A stretch of 64,000 nt of DNA from positions 39,434,001-39,498,000 of the forward strand of contig NC_087447.1 in the NCBI RefSeq assembly GCF_036321535.1, in the 5' to 3' direction. Positions 12,025 through 24,932 of the stretch are shown piece by piece. Origin of the DNA: Camelus dromedarius (taxonomy: Eukaryota). Under the pieces are notes generated by a model. It ran no database searches, had not been told where the DNA came from, and saw only the letters and a list, made by a program, of their open reading frames with translations. A program made the position numbers and the translations under genes. Within the stretch, counting starts at the first letter, position 1. Every line of letters begins with the position of its first letter.

Positions 12025-14470
12025 AGAATCCAACAACACATAAAAAAGATCATACACTATGGTCAAATTGGATTCATCCCAGGAAAACAAGGATGGTTCA
12101 ACATACACAAATCAATCAATGTGATATATCACATCCACAAAAGAGAAGACAAAAATCACACAATCATCTCAGTAGACACAGAAAAAGCATTTGATAAAAT
12201 TCAACACCCATTTATGATAAAAACTCTCACCAACATGAGTATAGAGGTAACATATATCAACACAATAAAAGCTATTTATGACAAGCCCACAGCCAGCATT
12301 ATACTCAACAGCATAAAGTTGAAAGTCTTCCTGCTAAATCTGGAACAACACAAGGATGCCCATTCTCACCACTTCTATTCAACATGGTATTGGAAATTCT
12401 ACCCACAGCAATCAGACAAGAAAAGAAATAAAAGGGATCCAAATTGGAAAAGAAGAGGTAAAATTGTCACTGTATGCAGATGACATGATACTATATATAA
12501 AAAACCCTAAAGGCTCCACACAAAAACCACTAGAGCTGATAAAAGAATTCAGCAAGGTAGCAGGATACAAGATTAACATACAGGAATCAGTAGCATTTCT
12601 TTACACTAACAATGAAATAACAGAAAAGGAAATTTAAAAGCCAATCCCTTTTAAAATTGCATCAAAAAAATACTTAGGAATAAACCTGACCAAGAACTAC
12701 AAAACATTGATTAAGGAAATTAAAGATAACTTGAAGAAATGGAAAGATATCCTACATTCTGGGACTGGAAGAATTAATATTGTTAAAATGGCCATACTAC
12801 CCAAAGCAATCTACAGACTTAATGCCGTATCAAATTACCCAGAATATTTTTCACAGAACCAGAATAATCATAAAATTTGTATGGAATCACAAAAGACCAG
12901 AATTGCCAAAGCAATAATGAAGAAAAAGAACAAGGCTGGAGGAATAACCCTCCTAGACTTCAGACAAAACTACAGAGCTACAGTAATCAAAACAGCATTC
13001 TACTGGCACAAAAACAGACACATGGATCAACAGAACAGAATAGAGAGCCCAGAAATAAACCCACACATTTATGGTCAATTAATCTTCAATAAAGGAGGCA
13101 AGAACAAACAATGGAGAAAAGACAGTCTCTTCAGAAAGTCGTGTTGGGGAAGCTGGACAGCCACATGTAAATCAATGAAGTTAGAACACTCCCTCACACA
13201 ATACACAGAAATAAACTCAAAATGGCTTAAAGTCTTAAATGTAAGACAGGACACCATAAAACTCCTAGAGAAGAACATAGGCAAAACATTCTCTAACATA
13301 AATCTTAGCAATGTTCTCCTAGGGCAGTCTACTCAGGCATAGAAATAACACCAAAAATAAATAAATGGGACCTAATTAAACTGAGAAGCTTTTGCACACA
13401 GAGGAAACTATAAACAAAACAAAAAGATAACCTATGGATGGGAAAAAATATTTGCAAATGATGCAACTGACAAGGGCTTAATTTCCAGAATATACAAACA
13501 GCTCATATGATTTAATAACAAGAAAATCAAACAACTCAATCCAAAAATAGGCAGAAGACCTAAATAAGCAATTCTCCAATAAAGACATATAAATGCCAAT
13601 AGGCACATGAAAAAATGCTCAATATTGCTAATTATCAGAGAAATGCACATCAAAACTATGATGAGGTATAATCTCACACTGGTCATAATGGCCATCATTA
13701 AAAAGTCCACAAACAATAAACGCCAGGGAGGGTGTGGAGAAATGGGAACCCTCCTACACTGTTGGTGAGAATGTAGTTTGGCGCAGCTGTTATGGAAAAC
13801 AGTATGGAGATTCCTCAAAAAAACTAAGAATAGACTTACCGTATGATCCAGCAATCCCACTCCTGGGCGTATATCCAGAGAGAACTCTAATTTGAAAAGA
13901 TACATGCACACCAGTGTTCACTGTAGTACTATTTACAATAGCCAAGACATGGAAACAACCTAAATGTCCATCAACAGATGAATGGATAACAAAGTTATGG
14001 TATGTACCTACAGCTTAATACTACTCAGCCATAAAAAATAAAATAATGCCATTTGCAGCAATATGGATGGACTTAGAGATCATCATACTAAGTGAAGTAA
14101 GCCAGAAAGAGAAATAAAAATACTGTATGAGATCGCTCATATGTGGAATCTAAAAAAAAAACAAGAACATAAATACAAAACAGAAACAGACTCATAGACA
14201 TAGAATACAAACTTGTGGTTGCTAAGGGGGCGGGGGGGTGGGAAGGGACAGACTGGGATTTCAAAATGTAGAACAGATAAACAAGATTATACTGTATAGC
14301 ACAGGGAAATATATACAAGATCTTGTGGTAGCTCACAGTGAAAAAAATGCGACAATAAATATATATATGTTCATGTATAACTGAAAAATTGTGCTCTACA
14401 CTGGAATTTGACACAACATTGTAAAATGACTATAACTCAATAAAAAAATGTTAAAAAATAAAAAAACAAA
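12025..14470 (+). mobile_element. 5'-truncated L1 with degraded ORF2 (RT and C-terminal region) and camelid 3' UTR/poly(A); apparently chimeric
   Basis: Frameshifted ORF2 pieces [11 protein letters not shown]...[27 protein letters not shown] (RT YADD) and [16 protein letters not shown]; 3' UTR with AATAAA and A tail to ~14470. Confidence 0.95.
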
Positions 14471-15750
14471 GAGCAGAAGTTTCTAATTTTGATCAGTCCA
14501 ATTTAGTGAACAGTCAAAAAGGTTTTCTTCTATGTTTGTCTGCAATTCATTTTGAATCAATTTTTGAGCATGGTGTGAAGTACTGCTCGAAGTTCATTAT
14601 TTTTACATATGGGTATTTAATTGTTCCAGTACTGCTTTGTGAAAAGATGGTTCTTTCTCCTCTGAATTGCCCTTGTACCTTTGACAAAAATTATTTGTCC
14701 ATATCTGTGTGGATCTATGTGTATACTTGGTATTCTCTTCCATTTATCTATGTGTGCTAATTCTATGCTGTTTTGACAGAGATCATGTTGACTCTATAGA
14801 TCAATTTGGGTAGAAGTGACATATTCTAACCCATGAACAAGATATATCTAATCCAGAGTAAGATATACCTCTGTTTATTTTAAGTGTCTCTTAATTTTTC
14901 TCGGGAGAATTTTGTAGTTTTCAATGTACAGGACTTTCACATCTTTTGTCAAATGTATCCTGAAGTAATTCACATGTTTTGATGTGAATATACATGGTAC
15001 TATTTTTTAATTTCAATTTTGAATTGTTTGTTTCAAGTATATAGAAATACAATTGAGTTTTGAAGAGTCGTCTTGTATCAGATAATCTTGCTAAACTAAC
15101 TTTTTAGTTCTAGTAGACTTTTTTTTGTAGATTCCTTCAGATTCCACATAACCAAACATGTCATTGGTGACTAAAGACAATTTTACTTAATCTTTCCAAT
15201 CTAGATGCCTTTTATTTCTTCTTCTTGTCTCAGTGCACTGTCTAGGATCTCAAGTACAATGCTGTTGTACAATAGCATTTAACCATGAAGCATATTTTTA
15301 GCTAAACTTTTTTGTAGCTGCCTTTAATCAGGTTGAGGACATTCCCTTATTTTCCCACTTTGCTTAGTTTTTAAAATCAGGAATGGATGTTGTATTTTTT
15401 TAAATGCTCTTTTTTGGCATCTATTTGATGATCATATGATTTTTCTTTTTTAGTTTGTTAATACAGTGAATTATACTAATTAATTTCAAATGTTAAACCA
15501 AACTTGCATTCCTGAAATAAAACCTACATGGTCGTGATATATATTCTTTTTATATGCTATTTAATTCTATTTGCTAAAATCTTGGTTAGAATGTTTGCAT
15601 CTATATTCCTTATATCTTTCTCTACTTAATGTTATTATTTCCTTTTTATGTATTGATCCTTTCATCATTATGAAATGACCATTTTTATCCCTGGTAACAT
15701 TCGTTGCTCTGAAATCTACTTTATCTGATTTAACATAGCCATTACTACTG
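14471..15750 (-). mobile_element. Old L1M ORF2 remnants (fragmented, down to the endonuclease region)
   Basis: gagcagaagtttctaattttgat...; minus ORF 15567-15770 contains KSDKVDFRATNVTRDKNGHFIMMKGSIH (L1 endonuclease region). Confidence 0.85.
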
Positions 15751-16559
15751 TTGAAAAATTGATGTACCACCTCTCCTTTAGCCTACGGGCTGAAAGAAGA
15801 GTAGGGTGGGGCCTAAAAGGGGCATACAACCAAGTGAATTCATCCATAAGTTGGAGATCTCAAAAGACTGACTGATAAATGGAGAGTCATAAATTTATCC
15901 GTGATGTTTATCTTCAGAGATTTAGAGCAGCAGCTTAAAAGACTCTAATACAGATGCAATCTTAGTTTCAAACAGTCCAAGGTGGCAGCTGGGTTTGGGG
16001 AATCTGAGATTAAAGTCTTTCTGGGGCCCCTGAGAGGGCCATCAGTGTTCTCGCCTGCAGACAGCCGCAGGGCTAGTGGTTCAGGTGGCTCACCGAGCTG
16101 CAGGTGGTAACATGGAACACGCGTGGGTGTTAGGCTTTTAGGGAAGACAGCCTTGGGGTGAAATCCTAGCTTTGCCGTTTATTCTGTGAGTTTGGGCAAA
16201 TGAATAGTTCTCTCTGAGCTCTGTTTCCCCAGGCTGTATTTTTCCATGACTATTGAAATTACTATGTTGCATGTAATAGAGTAACATCAGTAATGTCGCC
16301 CTTTTTGAAATGCCATTCAAATCATCTACCTTGTGTTAGTAGTCCTCTCCTACACAGTACTATATAATACTTTTAACTTTTATTTGGCTTACAACTTTTT
16401 TATTTGGAAAAAAAAAAAAGGACAAAGGCTCAGGCATCTTAGCTTAATTTGTGTCCTCCCAAATCTTTGAAATCTTTTATTTGCAGACTTGGCTTGGGTG
16501 ACTTTCATTTGTGCCATTTCCAGCTTCCTAATTTCACTCTGCGAGATACTCTTTCCAAA

Positions 16560-16770
16560 GACTGGCTAGACAGATCTTCACTATAGGGCTTATCACACTG
16601 CTTTGGGAATAATTTGCTATTTTTACTGACTGCCCCACTAGAAGACGAAACCCTTAAAAGCTAGGACTAAGTATTATTCATCTTGATATTACCAACACCT
16701 GCTATATCGAAGAAACCATAGTAAGACCTTTTTTAAAGAATAAATAATCAATGCATGAACCAGTGGAAGA
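16560..16770 (+). mobile_element. L2 3' end
   Basis: cttatcacactg...ccccactaga...aaagaataaataatcaatgcatgaa. Confidence 0.5.
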
Positions 16771-17082
16771 GTAAATGGACGTGATATCTGGAAAATATAT
16801 ACCTGAAATGGATCTGAGGTTGAAGACTAGCAATTTCTTTTTGGGAATAATAATTCAAGTGAGGCCAGCCAGAACCCAAAGAACGTGTAGGACATCCTTT
16901 CTGGAAAGTACCTCTGAAAAAAGCAGTGCAGCAGAGAGAAAGGTGCATAGATCATACTATCAGATGGGCTTAAGTTCAAATCCTAGCTCTGCTATGGTTC
17001 AAATGCCTGACCTTGGACAAGTTACTAAAACCATCTGAGCTTTAGTTGTATTTAAAAAGTAAAAAGGGAGAAATAATAAAAT

Positions 17083-17425
17083 TGTGGTAATCATTCATGT
17101 TCTTCATTGAATATTTCTGGTTCTTCTTCTTCAGGTACTTGATAAGACTGTACTCACTTCTCCCTTGATTTCAGGCATGGTCATACAATTGACTTTAGCC
17201 CATGAAATAGGGAAGCGTTTAAGCTAGTGCATGGTTTGCCACTGTTTCTTCCTCTTACCCTAAAGATTGGGAATGTTCAGAGGTGAAGTCTTCACCATCT
17301 GGGTCTCTAAGTAGGTATGAAGAGCCCCTACTGACTTAAAGAAATACATTTTTGTTGTTTTAAGCAGCTAAGCATTGGGGCTTGATGGTTACCACCGCAT
17401 AATCAAGCTCATTGTTACTGATTCA
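17083..17425 (+). mobile_element. MLT1 (MaLR, I/J-like) LTR nested in a MIR (~16950-17490)
   Basis: tgtggt...ggcatggtcatacaattgactttagcccatgaaat...tttgttgttttaagc...gttaccaccgcataa. MIR halves on both sides. Confidence 0.7.
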
Positions 17426-18670
17426 AGTTGATAGGCTGCATCAAACTGATAGGTTGTTGAAATAATTAAATGAGATGTTTTATAATTGTCTGTGTCAATT
17501 TTTTAGTCATGGTGGGCCTGATGTTGCTGGGTAGAAAACATTGAAAAGTTACAAATTATTTAGTTCAAACATGGGAATCTTTTTGGTGAGGCAATAGCAC
17601 TGCAAAGTCTATCAATAAGAAAACTCCCACTGTTAACAATCGACATTTAATTGAGGTGTTTACAGCCTTGTTGGAAAGAAAACACACACACACACATCAC
17701 ATGTCAATTAAAGAGCAAGACAGTATATGCCAAAGAGTGAATATTTAGTGTTGGCAACCAGTATTTAGCAAGATCTAATTAAGACACGAATTGCGTGGCA
17801 GAGGGAGCTAGTGAAGAGACAGACCAGTTGTAGCTAGAGGAAACGGGGAAGGGAATTAGAGAAAGTTTTGAAAGTGGATAGACTGTGAACAGACGGAGGA
17901 TAGAGTATGAATTTCTAAAAACTACGAACTTTAAAAGCTTAAATAACTTAGACTAAAACATCTAAGTCTTGCTCTTTGCATTGCAATCCTTTGATAAGAA
18001 ATTGTATCTGAATATAAAAAGCTGCATTTTCATTTCTCTTTCCAGGGAGTATGATATCAAAATAGCATAGCCTTCCACAATTTTTGGCACATAATAGAGA
18101 CTCGATAAATATTTATTGGTCAAATGTATGAATGAATGGATGATTGGGCTTTATGGAAAGACAGACTTGGTTTCAAATCTCAGCCTTCTCTTATTGTATG
18201 ACCTTATAAAGGTTATTTATCATCACTGTGGTTTGTTTTCTACATCATAGCATAGTTTGTGTTCAGATGTGTTACAGTGCATTGCATGGTGGCAACTCAA
18301 TAAAGAGAATAGCCTAGCATTTTTCTATGTTGCAACATAGCTTTCATAATGACCACAGTTAATACTCTTCATAGAGTGGCTATACACTCTTGGCATGAAG
18401 GGAGTTTTCTAATGTATCAATATCATAGAAAATGTGCTGATTGACATCATTATACCTACAGATTCTTCCTTTTGTTGGATATTTTCAAAGTTTGGACTCA
18501 CTGAGTCAAAGGCAAGGAACACATCCATGGGAAAATCAACATCTCAAAGAAGTGATACAGAAGGCGGTCTTAGCTAATGGCAGGATGGAGCGTCATTATA
18601 AGAGCCCAAATTCAGCTGATGAACTTAGATTGGATCAAAAGATCCGCTTGGGCTTGTTGGCAGATTCTTA

Positions 18671-20205
18671 TTTCTTTTTCTTCTTTTTGTTCTCTTTTCT
18701 TATGATTTGATGACTAGAGAAGTTCCTTTAACATTTGTTGTAAAGTTGGTTTGGTGGTGCTGAAATCTTTTAGCTTTTGTTTATTTGTGAAGCTTTTGAT
18801 TTCTCCATCAAGTCTGAACAAGAGTCTTGCTGGATAGAGTATTCTTGGTTGTAAGTTTCCCTCTTGCATCACTTAAAGATATCATACCACTCCCTTCTGA
18901 CCTGTAGAGCTTCTGCTGAAAAATCAGCTGATAACCTTATGGGAGTTTCCTTGTATGTTATTCGTTGCTTTTCTCTTGCTAGTTTTAATATTTTCTCCTT
19001 ATCCTTAATTGTTGTCAATTTGATGACTATGTGCCTTGGTGTGTTCCTCTTTGGGTTGATTCTGTGTGGTACTCTCTGCGCTTCCTGGACTTGGGTGAAT
19101 GTTCCCTTTCCCAAGTTGGGGAAGTTTTCAGTGATTATCTCTCTCAAAATTTTCTCAGGTCCTTTTTCTCTCTCTTCTCTTTCTGGGATCCTTATAATGT
19201 GAATATTAGAGCACTTCATATTGTCCCAGGGTTCTCTTAAACTATCCTAATTTCATTTCATTCTTTTTTCTTTTTCTGTTCTGAAGTAGTGATTTCCACT
19301 AATCTGTCTTCTAGCTCGCTGATCCGTTCTTCTGCCTCATTTAGTCTACTCCTGGTTCCTTCTAGTATATTGTTCATTTCAGTGATTTTATTCTTCAACT
19401 CTGTTTGGGTATTCTTTATATTTTCCAACTCTTTGCTAAAAACTTCGCTCTGTGCATCTATACTCCTCTTGAGTTCTCTGAACGTATTGTCTATCATTGC
19501 TTTTAACTCTTTCTCAGATAAATTGCCTATCTCCTCATCACTTATTTCTTCTTCTGGGATTTTATCTTCTGCCTTGGCCTGGGAGATATTCCTTTGCTGC
19601 CTCATATCATCTGTCTTTCTGTGTGTTTGTAGATTCCTTCCACAGGCTTTGGGATTATTGTTTTCTTATTTCTACTATCTGCCCCTGATGGATGAGGCTG
19701 GACTAGAGGCTTATGCAGGGTTCCTGGCTGGAGGAGCCAGTGCCTGCCCACTACTGGGTGAGGCTTGGTCCTGGACTTCTGGTGGGTAGGGCTGTGTCTA
19801 GAGGCTTTGTGGCTCAGGAAGTCTGCTGATGGGCGGGGCTGTGTTTCCATCCTGTATGGTGTTTGGCCTGAGACTTCCCTACAGGCTGTTGGGTGGGGCT
19901 AGGTTTTGGTGCTAATGATCCAACCAAGATGTCACTCTCCAGGAAAGCTCATGTAGATTAACATTCCTGGGTTGTCCACCACCAGCTTTTCTGTCCCCTG
20001 AGTGAACCATAGCTGTCCCCTACATCCCCAGGAGACCCTCCAAATCCAGCAGGCAGGTCTGGCCCAGGTTCCTATGAAATCACTGCCTCTGCCCTTGGAC
20101 CTGGTGCACGTGAGTTTCCATGTATGTTTCCCAAGTGAACAGTCTCCATTTCCCCCAGTCCCATGAGGCTCCCAGAACCAAGCCCTGCTGGCCTTCAAAA
20201 CCAGC
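18671..20205 (-). mobile_element. L1 fragment: partial 5' UTR plus ORF1 plus a short piece of inter-ORF spacer; no ORF2
   Basis: ORF1 peptides on the minus strand; artiodactyl-type 5' UTR at ~19606-20205; ends in an A-rich tract at 18671-18700. Confidence 0.92.
18714..19605 (-). pseudogene. L1 ORF1p, disrupted by frameshift/stop
   Basis: MRQQRNISQ...ISELEDRLVEI (coiled coil); NIHIIRIPEREE...RHIVIKL...RLSADFSAEALQVRREW (RRM); LQPRILYPARL...LKELL* with TAG at 18714-18716. Confidence 0.92.
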
Positions 20206-20430
20206 TGGGGTGTTGGTTAATTATTTCCTGGCAGTGTGTGGACCATCCTCAGATGTCCTGAGTTCCTTTCCATATCTTGTGCTGAAGTGTTTCAATGTGT
20301 TTACTGTGTACATTATAATTACTGATTCAATTTACAGCAAAAAAAAGGTAAAATCCATAGTATTACAATAAGAGATGGCATTTCTAAGAGTGAGATGTAA
20401 ACACATAGGCCTCTTCTTGGAACCAAACTC

Positions 20431-20453
20431 TGTGTGTGTGTGTGTGTGCGTGT

Positions 20454-20514
<61 letters not shown>
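20431..20514. repeat. Interrupted (TG)n microsatellite, ~84 bp
   Basis: Direct read; interruptions gcg and gcacgtg. Confidence 0.98.
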
Positions 20515-20517
<3 letters not shown>

Positions 20518-20883
20518 ACACGCATGTATGTTTTCTCTCAGAGTTTTTTTTCTCCCCATTGTATCCAGTTCATTCAACAAGATTTCAGGTCCACAAGCAA
20601 ACTCATGATCTTCTACTTTCTCATATTTGGTATTTTCCAAAGTTCTTTAACTGGGAGAATGGTACCAATCATCCATCCAGGTGGGCAATGGCAGAAACCT
20701 GGCTATTCTTGATTCGTCCTTTTCCCTCAATACTTCCACCCTCTCCATATTCAATTCAAGTATTGTATTAGTTCTATTACTTGAGCCAGGCCACTTTTCT
20801 CTGTCTCCACTGCCACCACACTGGTTCAAATCACCCTCAGCTCTCCCCTGGACTACTTGTCAACAGGGACCCCTCTAACCTCT

Positions 20884-21214
20884 TGTGGTAGAAAAGGTGA
20901 CATGCAGCTCAGATGTACCTTCAAAGGAAGACTTACTGCCCAGCTGTGGGGAGTGCAGACAGCAGACAGCCTCTAACTGTTAGTTCCTGCAGAGTCTGCT
21001 GCAGCTTCAGACAGCCACCTAGCCTGGGGTCATGCCCTCCCCCGGGCATATCCCATACAGGTGACTGGCCACAGTGGGAAGTAGAAAAGCTTGGTCATAT
21101 CAGCCTGATGTCGCACAACTCTGACAGTACTCCAGAGCTCCCCAGCAGGTTAGCTGAGCCTTTGTCACTGAGGTTTTCTCTGTGTCTCCTGCCAGAGAAC
21201 TCAACCTCTATCAT
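20884..21214 (+). mobile_element. LTR16C-like ERVL solo LTR
   Basis: ctcagat...cttactgcccagctgtggggagtgcagacagcagacagcctc...ggtcatgccct...acaactctgac...agagaactcaacct. Confidence 0.75.
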
Positions 21215-21429
21215 CCCTTGTCCCTTCTCTATTTCTGCTCACTGTGCCTGCAATGATCTGCTTGTGATGTAAGTTGACTATCACTCTCCCACGTAGGCTC
21301 CTCAACACTGTCCTGTTGCTTTAAGGCTAAAGCTCCAAATCCTGAACTGGGATATGTGGTCCTTCTTACCCTCCCTACTCATCTCACATGCCTTCCTCGC
21401 TTTCCATTTTACAACTCGGCCACACTGGC

Positions 21430-21895
21430 TCTCTTGGCTTCCAGGGGCTGCCTTAACAAAGTACCACAAACTGTGTGGTTTAAGCAACAGAAATGCATTG
21501 TCTCACAGCTCTGGAGGTCAGAAGGCAACAAACAAGATGACAGTTCAGCCATGCTTCCACCAAAAACTGTAAGGGAATCCCCGCTTACTTCTTCCTAGCT
21601 TTTGGTGGTTTGCTGGCAATCTCTGGCATTCCTTGATCTGCAGATGCATCACTAGAACCCTCCATCATCACATGTTGTTCTCACTGTGTTTCTGTCTTCA
21701 CGTGACCATCTTCTCATGAGGATGCCAGTCATACTGGATCAGAAGGCTACTGCTCTCCAGTATGACCTCATCTTAACTAATTGTGACTTCAACAATCCTA
21801 TTACCAAGTAAGGTAATATTCTGAGGTACCAGGATTAGGACCAGCACATATCTTTTTATTTCCAACCTTTTTTTTTTTTGAGGGGGACATAACAT
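21430..21895 (-). mobile_element. MLT1 (C-like) MaLR LTR
   Basis: ggctgccttaacaaagtaccacaaactg...tctcacagctctggagg...ccagtatgacctcatcttaactaa...ttctgaggtac. Confidence 0.85.
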
Positions 21896-23281
21896 TGACA
21901 TTTGTTCAATCTCTGAAACAAGCTACACTCATCTTGCCTCAGGGCTTTTGTACACACTGTCCTCAACTTTCCAATTTCCTATCCAAGTCCTACATCCTCT
22001 CAATTCTCCTTAAAATTCCTCATTCTCCTTAGGCAGACTTTTCTATTTCAGTTTTACCCCAGGCTAGGTCAGCTCTCCTCACTCACAGCACCTTGTATTT
22101 TCTTCCACAGCACTTATCACCACTTGTAATTATGTATTTGCTCGCGTAAACACTTTAACAATGGCTGTCTGCTCCGCTAGCCTAGGAGCTTCATGGGCCC
22201 AGAGGCTGTGTCTGTCTTGTACACGGTGCTCTCCAGTGCTAAGCATGGTGCTAGCACCTAACAGGTACACTATACATATATATTAAATCAGTGATCTCAG
22301 AAAACGTTTATTGAGTTATTCAGTTTTATCACTCCTTACAGTATTGAAGTCTCAGGTGTCCCTGTTTCCAGGAGGTATGGTATTGCACTGACCCAGGCAA
22401 GACAGCAACTTGCTGAGGAAATGGGGAAGAGGAAGAGAGTAAGTCCCAGGTAAAAGTGCTTGAAGTTGACCCCCAAGATATTCCCATGAAAGAGAGCAGG
22501 CACAGCCTTCTTCCAGGGGCCAGTTGCAAATTCACTACCCAATATGGAAAGTGCGAAAGTGAACTTTCCTGCAGTCAGGACCCTCCAGAAACCTAGGCAA
22601 CTCATTGGGTTGCTGGGATCATGCCAGAAAACTTAATGAATGGCAAGGGGCAATAGGCTATTCCTTAAGTATTCCACCCAGAGAAGAGAGGATGCCTGAT
22701 TCATTCAGATGATATTCAGGGAGAGTAGTGGAAACAGTCCAAATACATAAAAATAACTATTTAAAGAAGGTTGCAGCTGGGGAAAGTAGAGAAGAAAGTT
22801 CTAGTTAAGATGTTATTGAAATATGCCTATTAAGTGAAGGGTGACTGCTGCTCAACTGATTATTTCTTGAGTAGAGAGAAGGGAGTAGTTTTTATTTGTT
22901 GAAACCCCATTTCAGCCCTTTATGTGATGTGCTTCCTGTAGCTTCCTTTTTTTTCCCCCTTCAAGGTGCCCTTTGGGTGAGGTAACTTTTCCTCCTGTTT
23001 TTCCCACTCAGGGGCTCTTATGTCCCTCTGTCATCAGCTACAGCCACCATCATCCTATCCTTGGATGGACCAAGATTTATCAGGCTGACGGGGGCAAAGA
23101 TGTGTCCCGTTGGAAATGTCCTCACTGCACAGTGCTGCAGTGTGCCAGAGTGGAAGGACAATTTTAGGGAAGCAGGTAAGTAGAGGAATTAGCATTCTGA
23201 ATTCTTTATAATTGTCCTCTTTTTTTTAACCTTTCCAAGTACATAACCTCTATCATAGAATGCCTCAGGAAGATTAGATTT

Positions 23282-24500
23282 TGTGACAGAAAGAATGTAA
23301 AAAGAATTACCAAGGTATTCATCAGCTCTGGCAATCACCATTTAGGCAGCAGGGTGGTGGTTTGCACCCAAGGCTGCTGCCTTGAGAGATCATTTTCCAA
23401 ATTCTTTTGTCTCCTTCTTTAGGGTGTAAAGGTTCAAGCCTAGAAGACCTGGCTCAGAGAGTGCTTCCATGGTGTGAAGAAGATTCCCTTGCCCTTGTGG
23501 GAACCAGGTGCACTCTATGTGAGAAGAAATGGAACAGAAGCAGAAGACAAGCTCTCCACTTGCTAGGCCAGGGCATTAGCAGGAGACAGAAGGAGCACAT
23601 GGAGGCCAGAGAACAAAGCTGCCATCGATCTTGTTGGCTACCTCCCAGCAGACTCAGGAGGGATACGTTAGTTAAGTCTAGGAGAGCCAAGAAGGCTGGA
23701 AGCTCTGATCTGCAACCCACTGAAGGCTGGGAGGTGGAGGCTAATTCTCAGGCTGTCCACTCTGAGCTGGGGGGGGCCCCTCCTCACTCTGTGGCTCAGC
23801 ACAGTCAGGAGGAGGCAGGCCTACAGTTCAAGTTTCCAGAGCCATTTTTGGCTCCAGTGTGGTAGATACAGGCTTCAGAAATACCTGAGAGTCCAGAGAA
23901 GGAGTCTGCCAGAAGGATCACTGTGGCAAGGATGAGGGATCCCAGTACTCAGCGATACTAGGAAGGCACTCAAGTCAAAGCCAGAGGGGAGTCTCATCAG
24001 AGGAGATTCTGATGCCCGAGGGCACCAAGGTCAGGGTGAGGCAGCCAGTGGGCGCTAGAAGGTCCTGACCTAGTGGAGCAAGGCCAGATCACGAGTCACC
24101 TTCTGCAGAGACCAGAGGAAGGGTTTGGGGGGTGGGTTGGGGGGATGAGCATTGGCGCAAAGACTCTGCATCTTCCCCACAGCCGTAGCTGTGAGGTTGC
24201 ACAAGCCACCACTGTTACCCCTCACACATGTCGGGACACATCTTTGGGAACAAAAAAGAGACAATGGAAGAATTTTACCTGTGAGACTGAACAATTTTAT
24301 ACCAAAGAGGTTAATCTGAAATTTTAATATTGGGTTTAATACTGAGTTAGGCTTTAATCTAAGCACTACATTTTTTTCTTTGCTAACCAGCTGGCTGTGG
24401 GCTTGGGAGGAAGGCTGTATTAGATACAGGAAAAATCAAGTACACTTTTCTCTGCACATCCAAGTTATGCATGTGACATTAATATACTGCCTCTGCCACA
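23282..24500 (+). mobile_element. Ancient LTR, possibly MamGypLTR-type
   Basis: TG...CA termini (tgtgacag...tgccaca). The 3' end cttttctctgcacatccaagtt resembles remembered mammalian Gypsy-like LTR ends. No TSD seen. Confidence 0.4.
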
Positions 24501-24932
24501 CAGGAATAAAGGAACCGTGAAATCACTTGCCAAAAATCTCAGCATGTTTAAAAAAACAAGCATTCAGTTGCTGCAGGGTTGGATGGGTCACATTCCGGAA
24601 GCCCCCACAAACAGGGCTGACTACAACTTTCACAACTGTAGAAAATACAGGAGAAAATTCAAGGAGCAAACCAGGATGGTGGATTCCTCCAGCAATGATT
24701 CTGGAGGAATCACTTTACAGAGAGGTGCCCACACTCAATCCTCAGTCAGACCTGCACTCTAGGGAGTAGCTCAGCTAGTCTGCCCATGGTGGGCACCAGG
24801 TGACCTCCAAGGACAGGGGACCTGCCCAGTCACTTCCCTTGCTTGGCAATACCCTGTTGTATGCCAGCAAAACAATCTGTTTAAAGTGACCAAGCACACA
24901 ATATACAATGAACCACCCACACATTACAAAAC

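Larger units (their letters stand above)
20650..22320 (+). mobile_element. L2 host element split by LTR16C and MLT1 insertions
   Basis: ccatccagg...agaaacctggctattcttga...; gctccaaatcct...; tgcctcagggcttttg...cacagcacttatcac...tagcacctaacaggtacact. Confidence 0.7.

Noticed and set aside
12022..13342. RT-like ORFs (153, 93 and 211 aa) as a functional reverse-transcriptase gene or novel RT system
   Set aside because: They are frameshifted, 5'-truncated pieces of L1 ORF2 followed by an L1 3' UTR and poly(A).
19289..19789. Hydrophobic 166-aa plus-strand ORF resembling a membrane protein
   Set aside because: Antisense reading of the A-rich L1 ORF1 coiled-coil region.
18645..20230. TSD around the ORF1-only L1 (gggcttgttggcagattcttatttc versus ggggtgttggttaattatttc)
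   Set aside because: The similarity needs several mismatches and gaps; too weak to call.
20319..20771. HT/CV dipeptide-repeat ORFs on both strands
   Set aside because: Translations of the (TG)n microsatellite.
23407..23865. 152-aa ORF
   Set aside because: Non-ATG start, lies within a probable ancient LTR, and shows no gag/pol or cellular similarity that I can recognise.
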